43,410 nt of DNA, from positions 21,860-65,269 of the forward strand of contig CAZJIO010000004.1 in NCBI GenBank assembly GCA_964546035.1. Reading direction: 5' to 3'. Below the pieces are notes generated by a model. That model searched no databases. It saw only the letters and a list, made by a program, of their open reading frames with translations, and was not told where the DNA came from. The position numbers and the translations under genes were made by a program. The stretch comes from an uncultured Eubacteriales bacterium (GTDB taxonomy: Bacteria; Bacillota; Clostridia; Lachnospirales; Vallitaleaceae). This document shows, piece by piece, positions 9,193-18,725 of this stretch. The stretch's first letter is position 1. The number at the start of each line of letters is the position of its first letter.

Positions 9193-10077
9193 TTATACGG
9201 TCCTTTTAACTAAAGGTACATAGATGCTTGCCTCGCAGTAATCTTTACGGGATAAGCGATAGTCAACCTTCTCAATGTGATAGTCTATGGTAAAACTATA
9301 TTCATTAGCGGCTATCCAAGCACCTACAAAGTCAAGAATTTTCCTGAGTACGTTATAATCGACGTCTTTAGCACTGTGTGCGCCTATGTATTTGAAAACG
9401 ATATAAGTGTTACTAGGTACGCGAATACAAGTCAGTTGCTTGTCTAAAGGAACAATGTGTGCATCTGCTTTAAAGGCTGCTAGATAAGTGTTAAAACCTA
9501 CACCGTATTCATTCCAGTAGCCATAAGTGGTGTGATATTCTGACACATCTTCAATAGCATCCGTGTATTCTTGAATTAATCGATGAGACAATTGTTTTGA
9601 CAAGGAGTGCTTTTTATTTTCTTCACATAAAATTGTTTTTCTAAGACCTACCAGATGAAAAGAAGGTAAATAGAGGGTCTCATGCTGGAAAATGAGCGCA
9701 TTGCCCAAATCACCTAAAGAACTTTTGTGAATTTTAATTGCAGCGGGAAGTTCGACAGGGGCTTTGCGATATTCACCAGGTGTCATGTGATAAAGGCGTT
9801 TAAAAGCTCTGGAAAAATTAGTAGGATGAACAAAGCCTAAGAGACTTGAAATATATTCGATGGTGAATTCAGAATTACTTAAGAGTTCCAAGCTCTTTGA
9901 AAGTTTTCTAGCCCTGATATAATACATAATTGAATGGCCAGTACTGGCTTTGAAAAAGTGTAGTAAGTGATATTTTGAATAATGACAGTTGTCTGCAATC
10001 TCTTTAAGGGCGAGGTTTTTATCCAAGTTCTCTTCTATATAATCGATTAAATCCATTACGCTTTGACAATAGTTCAT
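9193..10077 (-). CDS. AraC-family transcriptional regulator with a GyrI-like effector-binding domain
   Basis: N-terminal HTH_AraC (LKEIADNCHYSKYHLLHFFKASTGHSIMYYIRARKL...FSRAFKRLYHMTPGEYRK). C-terminal GyrI-like fold. Confidence 0.8.
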   Translation of the reverse strand: MNYCQSVMDLIDYIEENLDKNLALKEIADNCHYSKYHLLHFFKASTGHSIMYYIRARKLSKSLELLSNSEFTIEYISSLLGFVHPTNFSRAFKRLYHMTPGEYRKAPVELPAAIKIHKSSLGDLGNALIFQHETLYLPSFHLVGLRKTILCEENKKHSLSKQLSHRLIQEYTDAIEDVSEYHTTYGYWNEYGVGFNTYLAAFKADAHIVPLDKQLTCIRVPSNTYIVFKYIGAHSAKDVDYNVLRKILDFVGAWIAANEYSFTIDYHIEKVDYRLSRKDYCEASIYVPLVKRTV

Positions 10078-10191
10078 TCAATGTCTCCTCAAGTTAGCAA
10101 TTTAGGATTAGTTACTTTTGAAATCTATTATATAATACAAGCAACACTTGTTCAACTCTTGGTTACTATTGATGACTAAATTTGGAGGTAT

Positions 10192-11448
10192 ATGATGCAT
10201 AAACTTTTATTAATAATGATTTGCTCTTTAATGACGCTAGTAGGGTGTTCTCAAAAAGTTGTTGAGGTAACAACGTCTGAGGCAATAACAACCGAAGCAG
10301 TAACAACCGAAGCAACAACAACTGAAGCTGACCTTATGGAAGAGCTCCTATCCCTAGAAAATGGTTATTTCAATCGTGAAGTAATATTTGAAAATCTTCA
10401 GAGTACTTATGCTATAACGGCAAATACAATGGGTGCCTTATGGATGATGGATTTTAAAAGTTCGGTTACAGAAATTCTTATTAGCGACAACACCCTATAT
10501 TTTGGGAATAAAGATGGCCATATGTTTGCAATGGAAAAAGCGTCCCAATCCATCATTTGGGAAACAAAAATCGATGCTCCCTTACTGGCAAAACCGATTA
10601 TGCTGGGTGATCACCTCCTTTTTACAGGAAGAGAAAAACTGTTTTTAGTTGATAAAGCAACAGGTAATGTCCTCTGGAGTTTCGAACCCCTTACAGCTTA
10701 TCCGGAAGATAGAGATGAGTGGGATTTTGATGCTTCATCACCGGTCATCTATGAAGACCAATTATTATGGGCTCCCTCAAATGGGAAAGTTTATGCTATA
10801 GACCCCCTTAGGGCCGAAGTTAAGTGGTTTGTAGATACAAAAACGCCTTACCAAACACGCTGCACACCTGTTATTTACGAAGATCAACTTTATATTCAAT
10901 ATGCTCTTGGGAATTTCTTTGCCGTGGATCTAATAAAGGGCGAAATACTTGATAAAACAAAAGTTGGCGCGGCTTCTTTTAATGAGTTGTTTGTGTACGA
11001 AGGCACGATTTTTGCTTCAGAATCCAGAGGCGCAGGTATCTACGCTATAGATGCTAAGACCTTAGAGGTCAAATGGAAATATCAAGACCCTATGATGTCT
11101 TGGATCACTGGTAATCCAGTCGTATACGAAAAAGCGCTTTATGTACCTACTTCTGATGCAAAACATGTGATCTGCATGGATATTGAAACTGGGAAAAAAA
11201 TAAATGTTTATAAGACACGTAATAATATGTTTGGTACGCCCATTATGGACAATGGCATTTTATACATTGGCGAAATTAATGCCACTGGAAATGCCGTGGG
11301 TTCTGTAACTGCCTTTGACCTGGTCACTTATGAAAAAGTATGGGAGTTAGAACTGGGTCCTATCGCTAACAGTATGACCCTCTCTGATGAAATTTTATAT
11401 GTGCCTAGTTTTGACGGGAAGATATTTGCCATAGCTCTCAATTTCTAA
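10192..11448 (+). CDS. Lipoprotein with PQQ-like beta-propeller repeats (BamB-like fold)
   Basis: Lipobox signal peptide MTLVGCS. Ser/Thr-rich linker TTEAVTTEATTTEA. Repeated Y.....G.VYA.D motifs typical of PQQ beta-propeller repeats. Confidence 0.7.
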   Translation: MMHKLLLIMICSLMTLVGCSQKVVEVTTSEAITTEAVTTEATTTEADLMEELLSLENGYFNREVIFENLQSTYAITANTMGALWMMDFKSSVTEILISDNTLYFGNKDGHMFAMEKASQSIIWETKIDAPLLAKPIMLGDHLLFTGREKLFLVDKATGNVLWSFEPLTAYPEDRDEWDFDASSPVIYEDQLLWAPSNGKVYAIDPLRAEVKWFVDTKTPYQTRCTPVIYEDQLYIQYALGNFFAVDLIKGEILDKTKVGAASFNELFVYEGTIFASESRGAGIYAIDAKTLEVKWKYQDPMMSWITGNPVVYEKALYVPTSDAKHVICMDIETGKKINVYKTRNNMFGTPIMDNGILYIGEINATGNAVGSVTAFDLVTYEKVWELELGPIANSMTLSDEILYVPSFDGKIFAIALNF

Positions 11449-11489
11449 CACCTTATTCTAGGATACGACAAGAAATATACGTCATCGTC

Positions 11490-11518
11490 TTGCACTTAAT
11501 TCGAATATGGCATATAAT
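11490..11518 (+). promoter_or_regulatory. Sigma-A promoter TTGCAC-17-TATAAT upstream of the flotillin gene
   Basis: Exact 17-nt spacing; consensus -10. Confidence 0.5.
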
Positions 11519-11623
11519 TTTCTTAGAGCGTATATATATAGAAATGAACGGGTGAGAGACAATTGAAATTTGGCAACCTTGGCGTAATAATTTTATAAGG
11601 TTTATATGTTGCTATTTAAAATT

Positions 11624-11668
11624 AACCTCGGTGAAGTGCCTTTTACCTGCCTTCATTGAGGTTTTTTA
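11624..11668 (+). terminator. Intrinsic terminator-like hairpin inside the flotillin 5' leader (candidate attenuator)
   Basis: 13-bp stem AACCTCGGTGAAG/CTTCATTGAGGTT (two G-U pairs), then TTTTTAT. Lies about 110 nt downstream of the promoter and 45 nt upstream of the start codon. Confidence 0.45.
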
Positions 11669-11709
11669 TATGGCTTAAATAAAGAGAAAAGATTGAGGAG
11701 AAAGAGAAA

Positions 11710-13860
11710 ATGGAAATTGAAACATTCATAGGTATTGGAATTGGTGTAGTAGGGTTTGTGTTCTTTTTATATGCGATAGGATTTATCCGTGTCGGTACGG
11801 ATGAAGTGGGTATTGTGGAGAAATGGTGGAGCTTTAGAGGGTCTGTTGGTGAAGACCAATTGATCGCCTTAAAAGGCGAAGCGGGTTATCAACCGCGTGT
11901 TATCAGAGCGGGCGTGCACTTTAGAACACCCCTACAATATAAGGTGAAAAAAGTTAAGCTGGTAACCATTCCGCAAGGACAAATAGCCTATGTATTTGCC
12001 CGTTCAGGTGTTAGTTTGACAGAAGGACAAACATTGGGCCGTGTCATTGACTCTAGCTTATCCTACCAAGATGTTAAAGCCTTCCTTGTAGCAGGTGGTC
12101 AAAAGGGGCCACAGAGACAAATCCTAAGAGAAGGTACCTACGCCTTTAATTTAGCTCAATTTATGATTATAACAAAAGATAAAGTGCATTCTATCTTTAC
12201 TTCAAAAGATGAAATCGGTCAAATTGAAACCATGAGAGCCAGATTAGAGGCGGAGTCAGGGTTTGAACCCATACATATCGGCGTATCAGGAAATAACGCC
12301 GGTGCCATTGATAATATTGGTATTGTCACCATTAATGAAGGTCCAACACCCGATAATGGTGCAATCATTGCGCCTATAGTAGGAGAAGAAGTCAGCAATC
12401 CCTATTATCACAATAACTTTCAAGAACCTGAAAAATTCTTGGCAGCAGGTGGGAGAAAAGGGAAGCAGATGCAAGTCATCACGGATGGTGTCTATTTTAT
12501 CAATAGAATGTTTGCTAGTATCGATATCATACCTAAAACAGTGATTAACATTGGTAGCGCTGGTGTCGTCGTCAGCTATTTTGGAGATAAAGGCATCGAC
12601 GTATCTGGTGATGCATATACCCATGGTGAATTGGTGGAACAAGGTACAAAGGGTATATGGCGGGTGCCCATGATGCCCGGTAAATATGCATTTAATACCT
12701 ACGCAGGTAAAGTGATTCAAATACCAACCACTAATGTTATTTTAAAATGGATCAGTGGTGAAGCAGGGATACATAGACTAGATGATAATTTAAAGGAAAT
12801 CAGCCTCATTACCAAAGACGCCTTTGAACCTAATTTGCCCCTTACCGTCGTTTTTAATATCGATTATAGGAAAGCATCTTCAGTCATCCAGAGATTTGGC
12901 GATATTAAGATGCTCATTGAGCAATCCCTAGACCCTATGATTGCCGGTTATTTTAAGAATATTGGACAAACAAAAACCCTAATCGAATTGGTGCAAGATA
13001 GAAGTGCTATTCAAAATCAGGCATCCTCAGAAATGAAGGCGAAGTTTTTACTATATGATTTAGATTTACAAGAAGTGTTGATTGGCACACCAGCAGCATC
13101 CGCATCAGATACGAGAATCGATAAGATTTTAACCCAATTAAGAGATCGACAAGTGGCCCTTGAAGAAATTAAAACCAATGAAGCAAAACAAAAATCAGCT
13201 GAAAAGCAAAGAGAACTGAATGAAGCACAAGCTAAATCTGATGCACAAACGGCGCTAACCCAATCCTCTATCAACATAGAAGTAGCTGACAATAAGGGTA
13301 AAGCAGAACTGCGTTTGGCAGAACAAGAGGCGTCGAAGATCATTAAATTGGCAGAAGCAGCAAAATTTAAGACCAATCAAGAATCAGAGGCTGCTAAGTA
13401 TGCCAAAGTAGCAAATGCTCAAGCTGACGCAGAAGCCATTGAATTGAATGCAAGAGCAACAGCAAAACAAATTGAACTGAAGGCAACGGCTGATGCCTCC
13501 CAGGTTACCCTAGAAGCTACTGCAGAAGCCAACAGATTAGAGAAGATTGGTGAAGCAACAGCACTTAATATTAAAGCAGTTGCAGATGCAGAAGCCGAAA
13601 AAGTGACAAAGATTGGTGAAGCACAAGGTAGGGCGGCCCAAGCCCTTGTTAATGCTTATGGTGGTCCTGAGTTGCAAGTGCAGCAAAATGTATTGACTGC
13701 TTTTGCAACGGCATTGCAAGAAGGGAAAATGGCCATTGTGCCACAAACTGTTATTAATGGTGGATCCGGTGGAGAAACGCCAAATGCTTTGGAAGGTATC
13801 ATGAGCTTGGTCTTAGCTAATTTAGCCAATACCCGTAATCTTGAAGGAAAAGATAAATAA
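11710..13860 (+). CDS. Flotillin-family SPFH/band-7 domain protein (YqiK-like)
   Basis: N-terminal TM helix, SPFH domain, then a long Ala/Glu/Lys-rich coiled-coil C-terminus (EAAKYAKVANAQADAEAIELNARATAKQIELKA). Confidence 0.7.
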   Translation: MEIETFIGIGIGVVGFVFFLYAIGFIRVGTDEVGIVEKWWSFRGSVGEDQLIALKGEAGYQPRVIRAGVHFRTPLQYKVKKVKLVTIPQGQIAYVFARSGVSLTEGQTLGRVIDSSLSYQDVKAFLVAGGQKGPQRQILREGTYAFNLAQFMIITKDKVHSIFTSKDEIGQIETMRARLEAESGFEPIHIGVSGNNAGAIDNIGIVTINEGPTPDNGAIIAPIVGEEVSNPYYHNNFQEPEKFLAAGGRKGKQMQVITDGVYFINRMFASIDIIPKTVINIGSAGVVVSYFGDKGIDVSGDAYTHGELVEQGTKGIWRVPMMPGKYAFNTYAGKVIQIPTTNVILKWISGEAGIHRLDDNLKEISLITKDAFEPNLPLTVVFNIDYRKASSVIQRFGDIKMLIEQSLDPMIAGYFKNIGQTKTLIELVQDRSAIQNQASSEMKAKFLLYDLDLQEVLIGTPAASASDTRIDKILTQLRDRQVALEEIKTNEAKQKSAEKQRELNEAQAKSDAQTALTQSSINIEVADNKGKAELRLAEQEASKIIKLAEAAKFKTNQESEAAKYAKVANAQADAEAIELNARATAKQIELKATADASQVTLEATAEANRLEKIGEATALNIKAVADAEAEKVTKIGEAQGRAAQALVNAYGGPELQVQQNVLTAFATALQEGKMAIVPQTVINGGSGGETPNALEGIMSLVLANLANTRNLEGKDK

Positions 13861-13962
13861 CTAAAATAAAATTCCCGATAAATTGTGAACCATATCACAT
13901 TTTATTGGGGATTTTTCAGTTATACTGTATTCAACAGACAAGATCTGAAGGAGGAAAATAAT

Positions 13963-15189
13963 ATGGAAAAAATTAAATTAAATGAAAATACATTTTGGGT
14001 AGGTAAGATTGATGATAGGGATGTGCCTTTTCATAGACTGATTCTTACGAAAGGAACGACCTATAACAGTTACTTAATCAAATCCCAATACCCTACTATT
14101 ATTGATACAGTGGATTTTTCTTTCGCCAAAGAATATATCGACAAACTGGCAGAAGAAATAGATTTGATAGACATCAAATATATTGTAATTAATCACACAG
14201 AGCCAGATCATTCAGGAGGGCTAAGAGCCTTAACATCAAAAGCAAAAAATGCGGTCATCGTGTGTAGTGAACCAGCCGTATATGAACTTAAGGAAATGTA
14301 TAAGCTGCATGATCGCGAATTTATGGTAGTTAAAACAGGTGATCATCTAGATATTGGTGGTAAGACCCTTGAATTTTATGAAACGCCGTACCTGCACACA
14401 GAAGAGACTATGGTCACCTATTGTGTAGAAGATAAAATATTGTATTCCTGTGATATATTCTCAACCCACATTGCCAATGAAGCCTACTTTGCTGATTTGG
14501 CAGATGTAGATATTTTAGAAGATTTTAAAGTGTATTATAGCCTCATTATGCATCCTCATAGATTATACGTGCAAGATATGATTGAAAAAATTAGCGCATT
14601 AGATATTCAAATGATTGCGCCATCTCATGGTTATATTTTGAGAGAAAATGTCAGGGAGTATATGCGCATTTATGAGGAAATGAGTAAAGACAAACCCATA
14701 GACAAAAAAGGTTTGGTGCTGTATTCTTCCTTAACAAGTAATACTAAAAAGATGAGTGAAGAAATTAAAAAAATATATGATCAACATGGTGTGGAAATGG
14801 AAATTATTGATGTTAACAAAACTTCCCTCGAAGAGATAAAGGTGGCCATTAACTCAGCAACGATATTATTTTTTGGGACATCAACAAAATACGCAGACAT
14901 GGTAGGAAAGCTTGAAGAGATACTAAAAGAGCTAAGCAAAATTGATCTTGTTAACAAAATAGGCGTGGCTTTTGGATCTTTTGGATGGAGTGGAGAATCC
15001 ATTGAAATTGTGCAAGATTATTTGTTGAAATCAGAGTTAAGAACCTTGAATACCAGCGAAATAATCAAGACAACAGGGATGATTGATGTTCAATATCCTA
15101 TTAGAGTAAGGTTTGCACTGAACGAAAGCAATCGACATGAATTTGATAGATCGATTAACTATACAATAGATTTAGTATCAGGATTATAA
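13963..15189 (+). CDS. Flavodiiron protein (metallo-beta-lactamase-like diiron domain plus flavodoxin domain; O2/NO reductase family)
   Basis: FWVGKIDDRDVPFHRL..GTTYNSYLI..NHTEPDHSGGL diiron site motif, followed by a flavodoxin-like C-terminal half. ATG 13963 has RBS GAAGGAGGAAAA; the track ORF starts further upstream. Confidence 0.75.
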   Translation: MEKIKLNENTFWVGKIDDRDVPFHRLILTKGTTYNSYLIKSQYPTIIDTVDFSFAKEYIDKLAEEIDLIDIKYIVINHTEPDHSGGLRALTSKAKNAVIVCSEPAVYELKEMYKLHDREFMVVKTGDHLDIGGKTLEFYETPYLHTEETMVTYCVEDKILYSCDIFSTHIANEAYFADLADVDILEDFKVYYSLIMHPHRLYVQDMIEKISALDIQMIAPSHGYILRENVREYMRIYEEMSKDKPIDKKGLVLYSSLTSNTKKMSEEIKKIYDQHGVEMEIIDVNKTSLEEIKVAINSATILFFGTSTKYADMVGKLEEILKELSKIDLVNKIGVAFGSFGWSGESIEIVQDYLLKSELRTLNTSEIIKTTGMIDVQYPIRVRFALNESNRHEFDRSINYTIDLVSGL

Positions 15190-15290
15190 TTACAAATATA
15201 ATACAATAAGCAAAAAAGATGGGAATTTTGACTGTAATTATGGTATAATATGTGGATGTCAATCAAACGATTATTACATATTAAAAGGAA

Positions 15291-17546
15291 GTGAACTTTA
15301 GTTTGTTTTTAAAAATAAAGTCTGAAGTATTCAAGAAAATAATAATAGGTTTATCCCATATAAAAGCAAGCCTGAAACACCTTGATCAATACCCCTTTTT
15401 GCAATTATTAATATTTTCATTTGTTTTAAATTTTGTGTTAGAGTCACTGAGTCGACGCTCTCTTTTTAAAGGCGTTGGCTTCGTTTTAGCTAATCCACTG
15501 ATGTTTTTATTTAATATACTGATTATTTTATTTACACTGACTTTAACCCTTTTGTTTTCGAAAAAAAACTTTCTGCTTGCCTTATTTTCGATTGTATGGG
15601 TTGGACTTGGCGTTACCAACTATGTTCTGTTAGGTTTCAGGACGACACCCCTTACGGCTATAGACTTTTATATTTTAGGATCGGTAATTGAGATTATCGA
15701 TGTATATATTAATACGTTTCAAATTATTTTGTTGTTAGTAGTAGCTGTGGTTGTGGCGATAGCCATCCTATATCTATGGAGAAAGTTACCTAAGAAGAAA
15801 GCTCAATTTAAACTCGCCTTGACCACGCTAGGGGTAACGATTGTGCTGATGCTCATGGTGTCGAATGTTTCGTTTAAAGTGCATGCGTTATCTAATAACT
15901 TTGGTAATCTTGCAGATGCTTATTCTGAATATGGTTTTGCATATTGCTTTTCTACGAGTCTTTTTGATCGCGGGATCAATAGGCCGGATGCTTATTCTGA
16001 AGAAAAAATAGATGCTGTTTTAGATAAGATTGAAGACAACATTGATGAAACAGATGACCAAGACGATGTTAATACACCAGGTAAAGTAGATGATAGTTCA
16101 CCTGATGTGAGCAATGACGGTGACATAGAACTGCGACCGAATGTGGTTATGGTACAATTAGAATCCTTTTTTGATGTTAATCATTTATTGAATTTTACTT
16201 TTTCAGAAAACCCCACACCGAATTTTACCAGTTTAAAAAAGGCTTATTCCTATGGTTATTTAACAGTTCCTTCTATTGGCGCTGGTACGGCAAATACAGA
16301 GTTTGAGATCATTACAGGTATGAATATAGAATATTTTGGTGCAGGTGAATATCCATATAAAACCATCCTGCAGACCACTACTTGTGAGAGCATTTCGTAT
16401 AATTTACATGAACTTGGATATCACAGCCATGCTATTCATAACAATACCGGAACTTTTTATGATCGAAATCAGGTTTTTCAAAAGTTAGGGTTTGATAGCT
16501 ACAGTTCGATTGAGTATATGAACGATGTTGAGTATAACCCAGTTGGTTGGGCAAAGGATAATATTTTAACCACTGAAATTATTAAAGCGCTGGACGCCAG
16601 CTTTGCCCAAGATTTCATTTATACCATTTCAGTGCAGCCACATGGGAAATATCCAGACACAATCGTAGATGAAAATCAAAAAATTAAAGTATTTGCTGAG
16701 AATCAAAGTGACAGCGATGACGCAATTGATCTTCCAAACGATACAGAAGCATATGAAAGTGAAACCACAGAAACAGATAATGAAGAAACGCCAACTGAGG
16801 CAGAGAAGACTGAGCTAGAGCAAAAGAAAATACGAGAAAGTTATATGATAGGCTTTGATTACTTTGTCAATCAACTTTGGGAAACAGATCAGTTTATTGG
16901 TGCATTAATTTCAAAACTGGCTTTATATGATGAACCAACTGTAGTCGTTTTTTATGGAGATCATTTACCTTCAATGTCCTTCGAAAATGGGGATTTATCC
17001 AACGATAATAAGTTTCAAACTGAATATGTGATGTGGAGTAATTTCAAAATGAAGCAAGTCAACCGTGATTTGAGCGCATATCAACTCAATGCCTATGTAA
17101 TGGAGCGATTAGGGTATGATAATGGCATTTTGACAAAACTACATCAAAATTATGTGACAGAACCTGATTATGAGGAAGAGTTAGAAATGTTACAATACGA
17201 TATGTTATATGGTGATAGAAATGTTTTTGAAGGAGAAAATCCTTTTGTTGAAAAGACCATTCAAATGGGTGTCTTGGATATTGAGATTACAAATATCCTT
17301 CAAAAAGGTGAAGCAATTTTTATAGAAGGGCATAACTTTACACCTTGGAGTGTTGTTTATAGGAATGAAGAGCCCCAAGATACACTTTTTATTGATGAAA
17401 ATACGTTGATCGTACCCTATGAAAACTATACGAATGAAGTGATATATGTGGCGCAAGTAAGCGATGGTGATACCGTCCTGAGTCAAAGTAAAGAATGGAA
17501 GCCCGTAGAGGAGAGCCAATCTAAGGACATTTATTTGACTTATTAA
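15291..17546 (+). CDS. LTA synthase / sulfatase-family membrane protein (LtaS-like polyglycerolphosphate transferase) with two acidic low-complexity insertions
   Basis: Five N-terminal TM helices. Extracellular domain begins NVVMVQLESFFDVNHL (LtaS signature). GTG start with RBS AAAGGAAG. An extended -10 TGGTATAAT promoter lies at about 15246-15254. Confidence 0.7.
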   Translation: MNFSLFLKIKSEVFKKIIIGLSHIKASLKHLDQYPFLQLLIFSFVLNFVLESLSRRSLFKGVGFVLANPLMFLFNILIILFTLTLTLLFSKKNFLLALFSIVWVGLGVTNYVLLGFRTTPLTAIDFYILGSVIEIIDVYINTFQIILLLVVAVVVAIAILYLWRKLPKKKAQFKLALTTLGVTIVLMLMVSNVSFKVHALSNNFGNLADAYSEYGFAYCFSTSLFDRGINRPDAYSEEKIDAVLDKIEDNIDETDDQDDVNTPGKVDDSSPDVSNDGDIELRPNVVMVQLESFFDVNHLLNFTFSENPTPNFTSLKKAYSYGYLTVPSIGAGTANTEFEIITGMNIEYFGAGEYPYKTILQTTTCESISYNLHELGYHSHAIHNNTGTFYDRNQVFQKLGFDSYSSIEYMNDVEYNPVGWAKDNILTTEIIKALDASFAQDFIYTISVQPHGKYPDTIVDENQKIKVFAENQSDSDDAIDLPNDTEAYESETTETDNEETPTEAEKTELEQKKIRESYMIGFDYFVNQLWETDQFIGALISKLALYDEPTVVVFYGDHLPSMSFENGDLSNDNKFQTEYVMWSNFKMKQVNRDLSAYQLNAYVMERLGYDNGILTKLHQNYVTEPDYEEELEMLQYDMLYGDRNVFEGENPFVEKTIQMGVLDIEITNILQKGEAIFIEGHNFTPWSVVYRNEEPQDTLFIDENTLIVPYENYTNEVIYVAQVSDGDTVLSQSKEWKPVEESQSKDIYLTY

Positions 17547-17565
17547 ATGAATAAGCAAGGTTTAT

Positions 17566-17598
17566 CCTCTTAGCAACCCTGCTAAGGGGATTTTTTAT
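17566..17598 (+). terminator. Rho-independent terminator after the LtaS-like gene
   Basis: CCTCTTAGCA-accc-TGCTAAGGGG followed by ATTTTTTAT. Confidence 0.55.
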
Positions 17599-17726
17599 CT
17601 ACTAGGAAAGTCCTCAACTTGAAGTAGACTTTCCTGTAGACTTAAGGTGTTCTAAAGAACACTCTTTTTGCATTAAAACGTATAAATGGTGTGGAAAAGA
17701 GAATAACTAAGTAAAAGGAGGCTTTA

Positions 17727-18647
17727 ATGATGAAAAATAAAAACACATTTATCAAAGTGATGATCATAACACTCTTGATTTTAACAAGTTGTGCTAATAA
17801 CGTGACACAGAAGGATACAACAGCCGAACCCGTAAATCTCACGACTGAAGCTCCAGTTCCTGAGACGACAGTAATTGAGGAAGAGGATGAAAAACACGAG
17901 GTGGTGCTCTATTTCTCCGATCGTGAATTAATGGCTACTTACCGGACTAGAAAAGAAGTTCTTGTAGGTAAGGAAGAGCAAGTTGAAAAGGCTGCCTTAG
18001 AAGCTTGGATAAAGGGACCAGAAAACGAAGACTTAATTGGATTAATTGAGTCAAATGTTTTGGTTTTGGATATTGAGGAAGTAGACGGAATTGCTCGTGT
18101 AAGTTTCTCCAAAGAGATTAAGGAAAGCAATCTAGGTTCAAGTGGTGAATTGTTTCTCATAGAACAGATTGCCATGATCATGCAACAATTTGGATTTGAA
18201 AATACACAGATATTGGTAGAGGGGAAAGTAGATGAATCCTTGCTAGGACACGTGTCTACAAGTGAACCAATTAGAGCAAATGATCCAGAAAGTTACCAAT
18301 GGATTGAAGAAAAAGAGCAAAAGGTTGTCTTGGAAAACGAAGTTTTCCGGATTTTTGAACCAACACCTAATACCTTGGTGAAGGATCGCATCGTTGTAAA
18401 AGGATTAGCCCGAGTTTATGAAGGGACTGTGTTGTATGAATTCGAAGATGGACATTTTATATTGGATGAGGGGTTCACAACAGCGTCACAAGGTGGTCCT
18501 GAATGGGGAGAATTTGAGATCATCATTGAACTGGATGAACTTCAAGAAGTGACCAATGATTCTGGCAGTATCATCATTTATGAAGAGAGTGCTGAAGACG
18601 GTTCAAGACGGAATGAACTGATTATTCCTGTAAAGGTAGAGAAATAA
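17727..18647 (+). CDS. Lipoprotein with a GerMN domain and a C-terminal Gmad2 Ig-like domain (sporulation/germination-associated)
   Basis: Lipobox ILTSCAN. VVLYFSDRELMATYRT...ALEAWIKGP...ARVSFSKEI matches GerMN. C-terminal VKGLARVYEGTVLYEFEDG matches Gmad2. Confidence 0.6.
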   Translation: MMKNKNTFIKVMIITLLILTSCANNVTQKDTTAEPVNLTTEAPVPETTVIEEEDEKHEVVLYFSDRELMATYRTRKEVLVGKEEQVEKAALEAWIKGPENEDLIGLIESNVLVLDIEEVDGIARVSFSKEIKESNLGSSGELFLIEQIAMIMQQFGFENTQILVEGKVDESLLGHVSTSEPIRANDPESYQWIEEKEQKVVLENEVFRIFEPTPNTLVKDRIVVKGLARVYEGTVLYEFEDGHFILDEGFTTASQGGPEWGEFEIIIELDELQEVTNDSGSIIIYEESAEDGSRRNELIIPVKVEK

Positions 18648-18725
18648 GCTAATTTACTCAGTTCAGGTACACGTAATGCGTTAAATGAATATAGTAATAG
18701 AGAAAAAAGAAAACTTGGAGTTAGT

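Noticed and set aside
12286-13898. Minus-strand ORFs inside the flotillin gene (144, 119, 69, 80 aa)
   Set aside because: Cys-rich, low-complexity translations antisense to the Ala/Glu-rich coiled-coil coding region. Artefacts.
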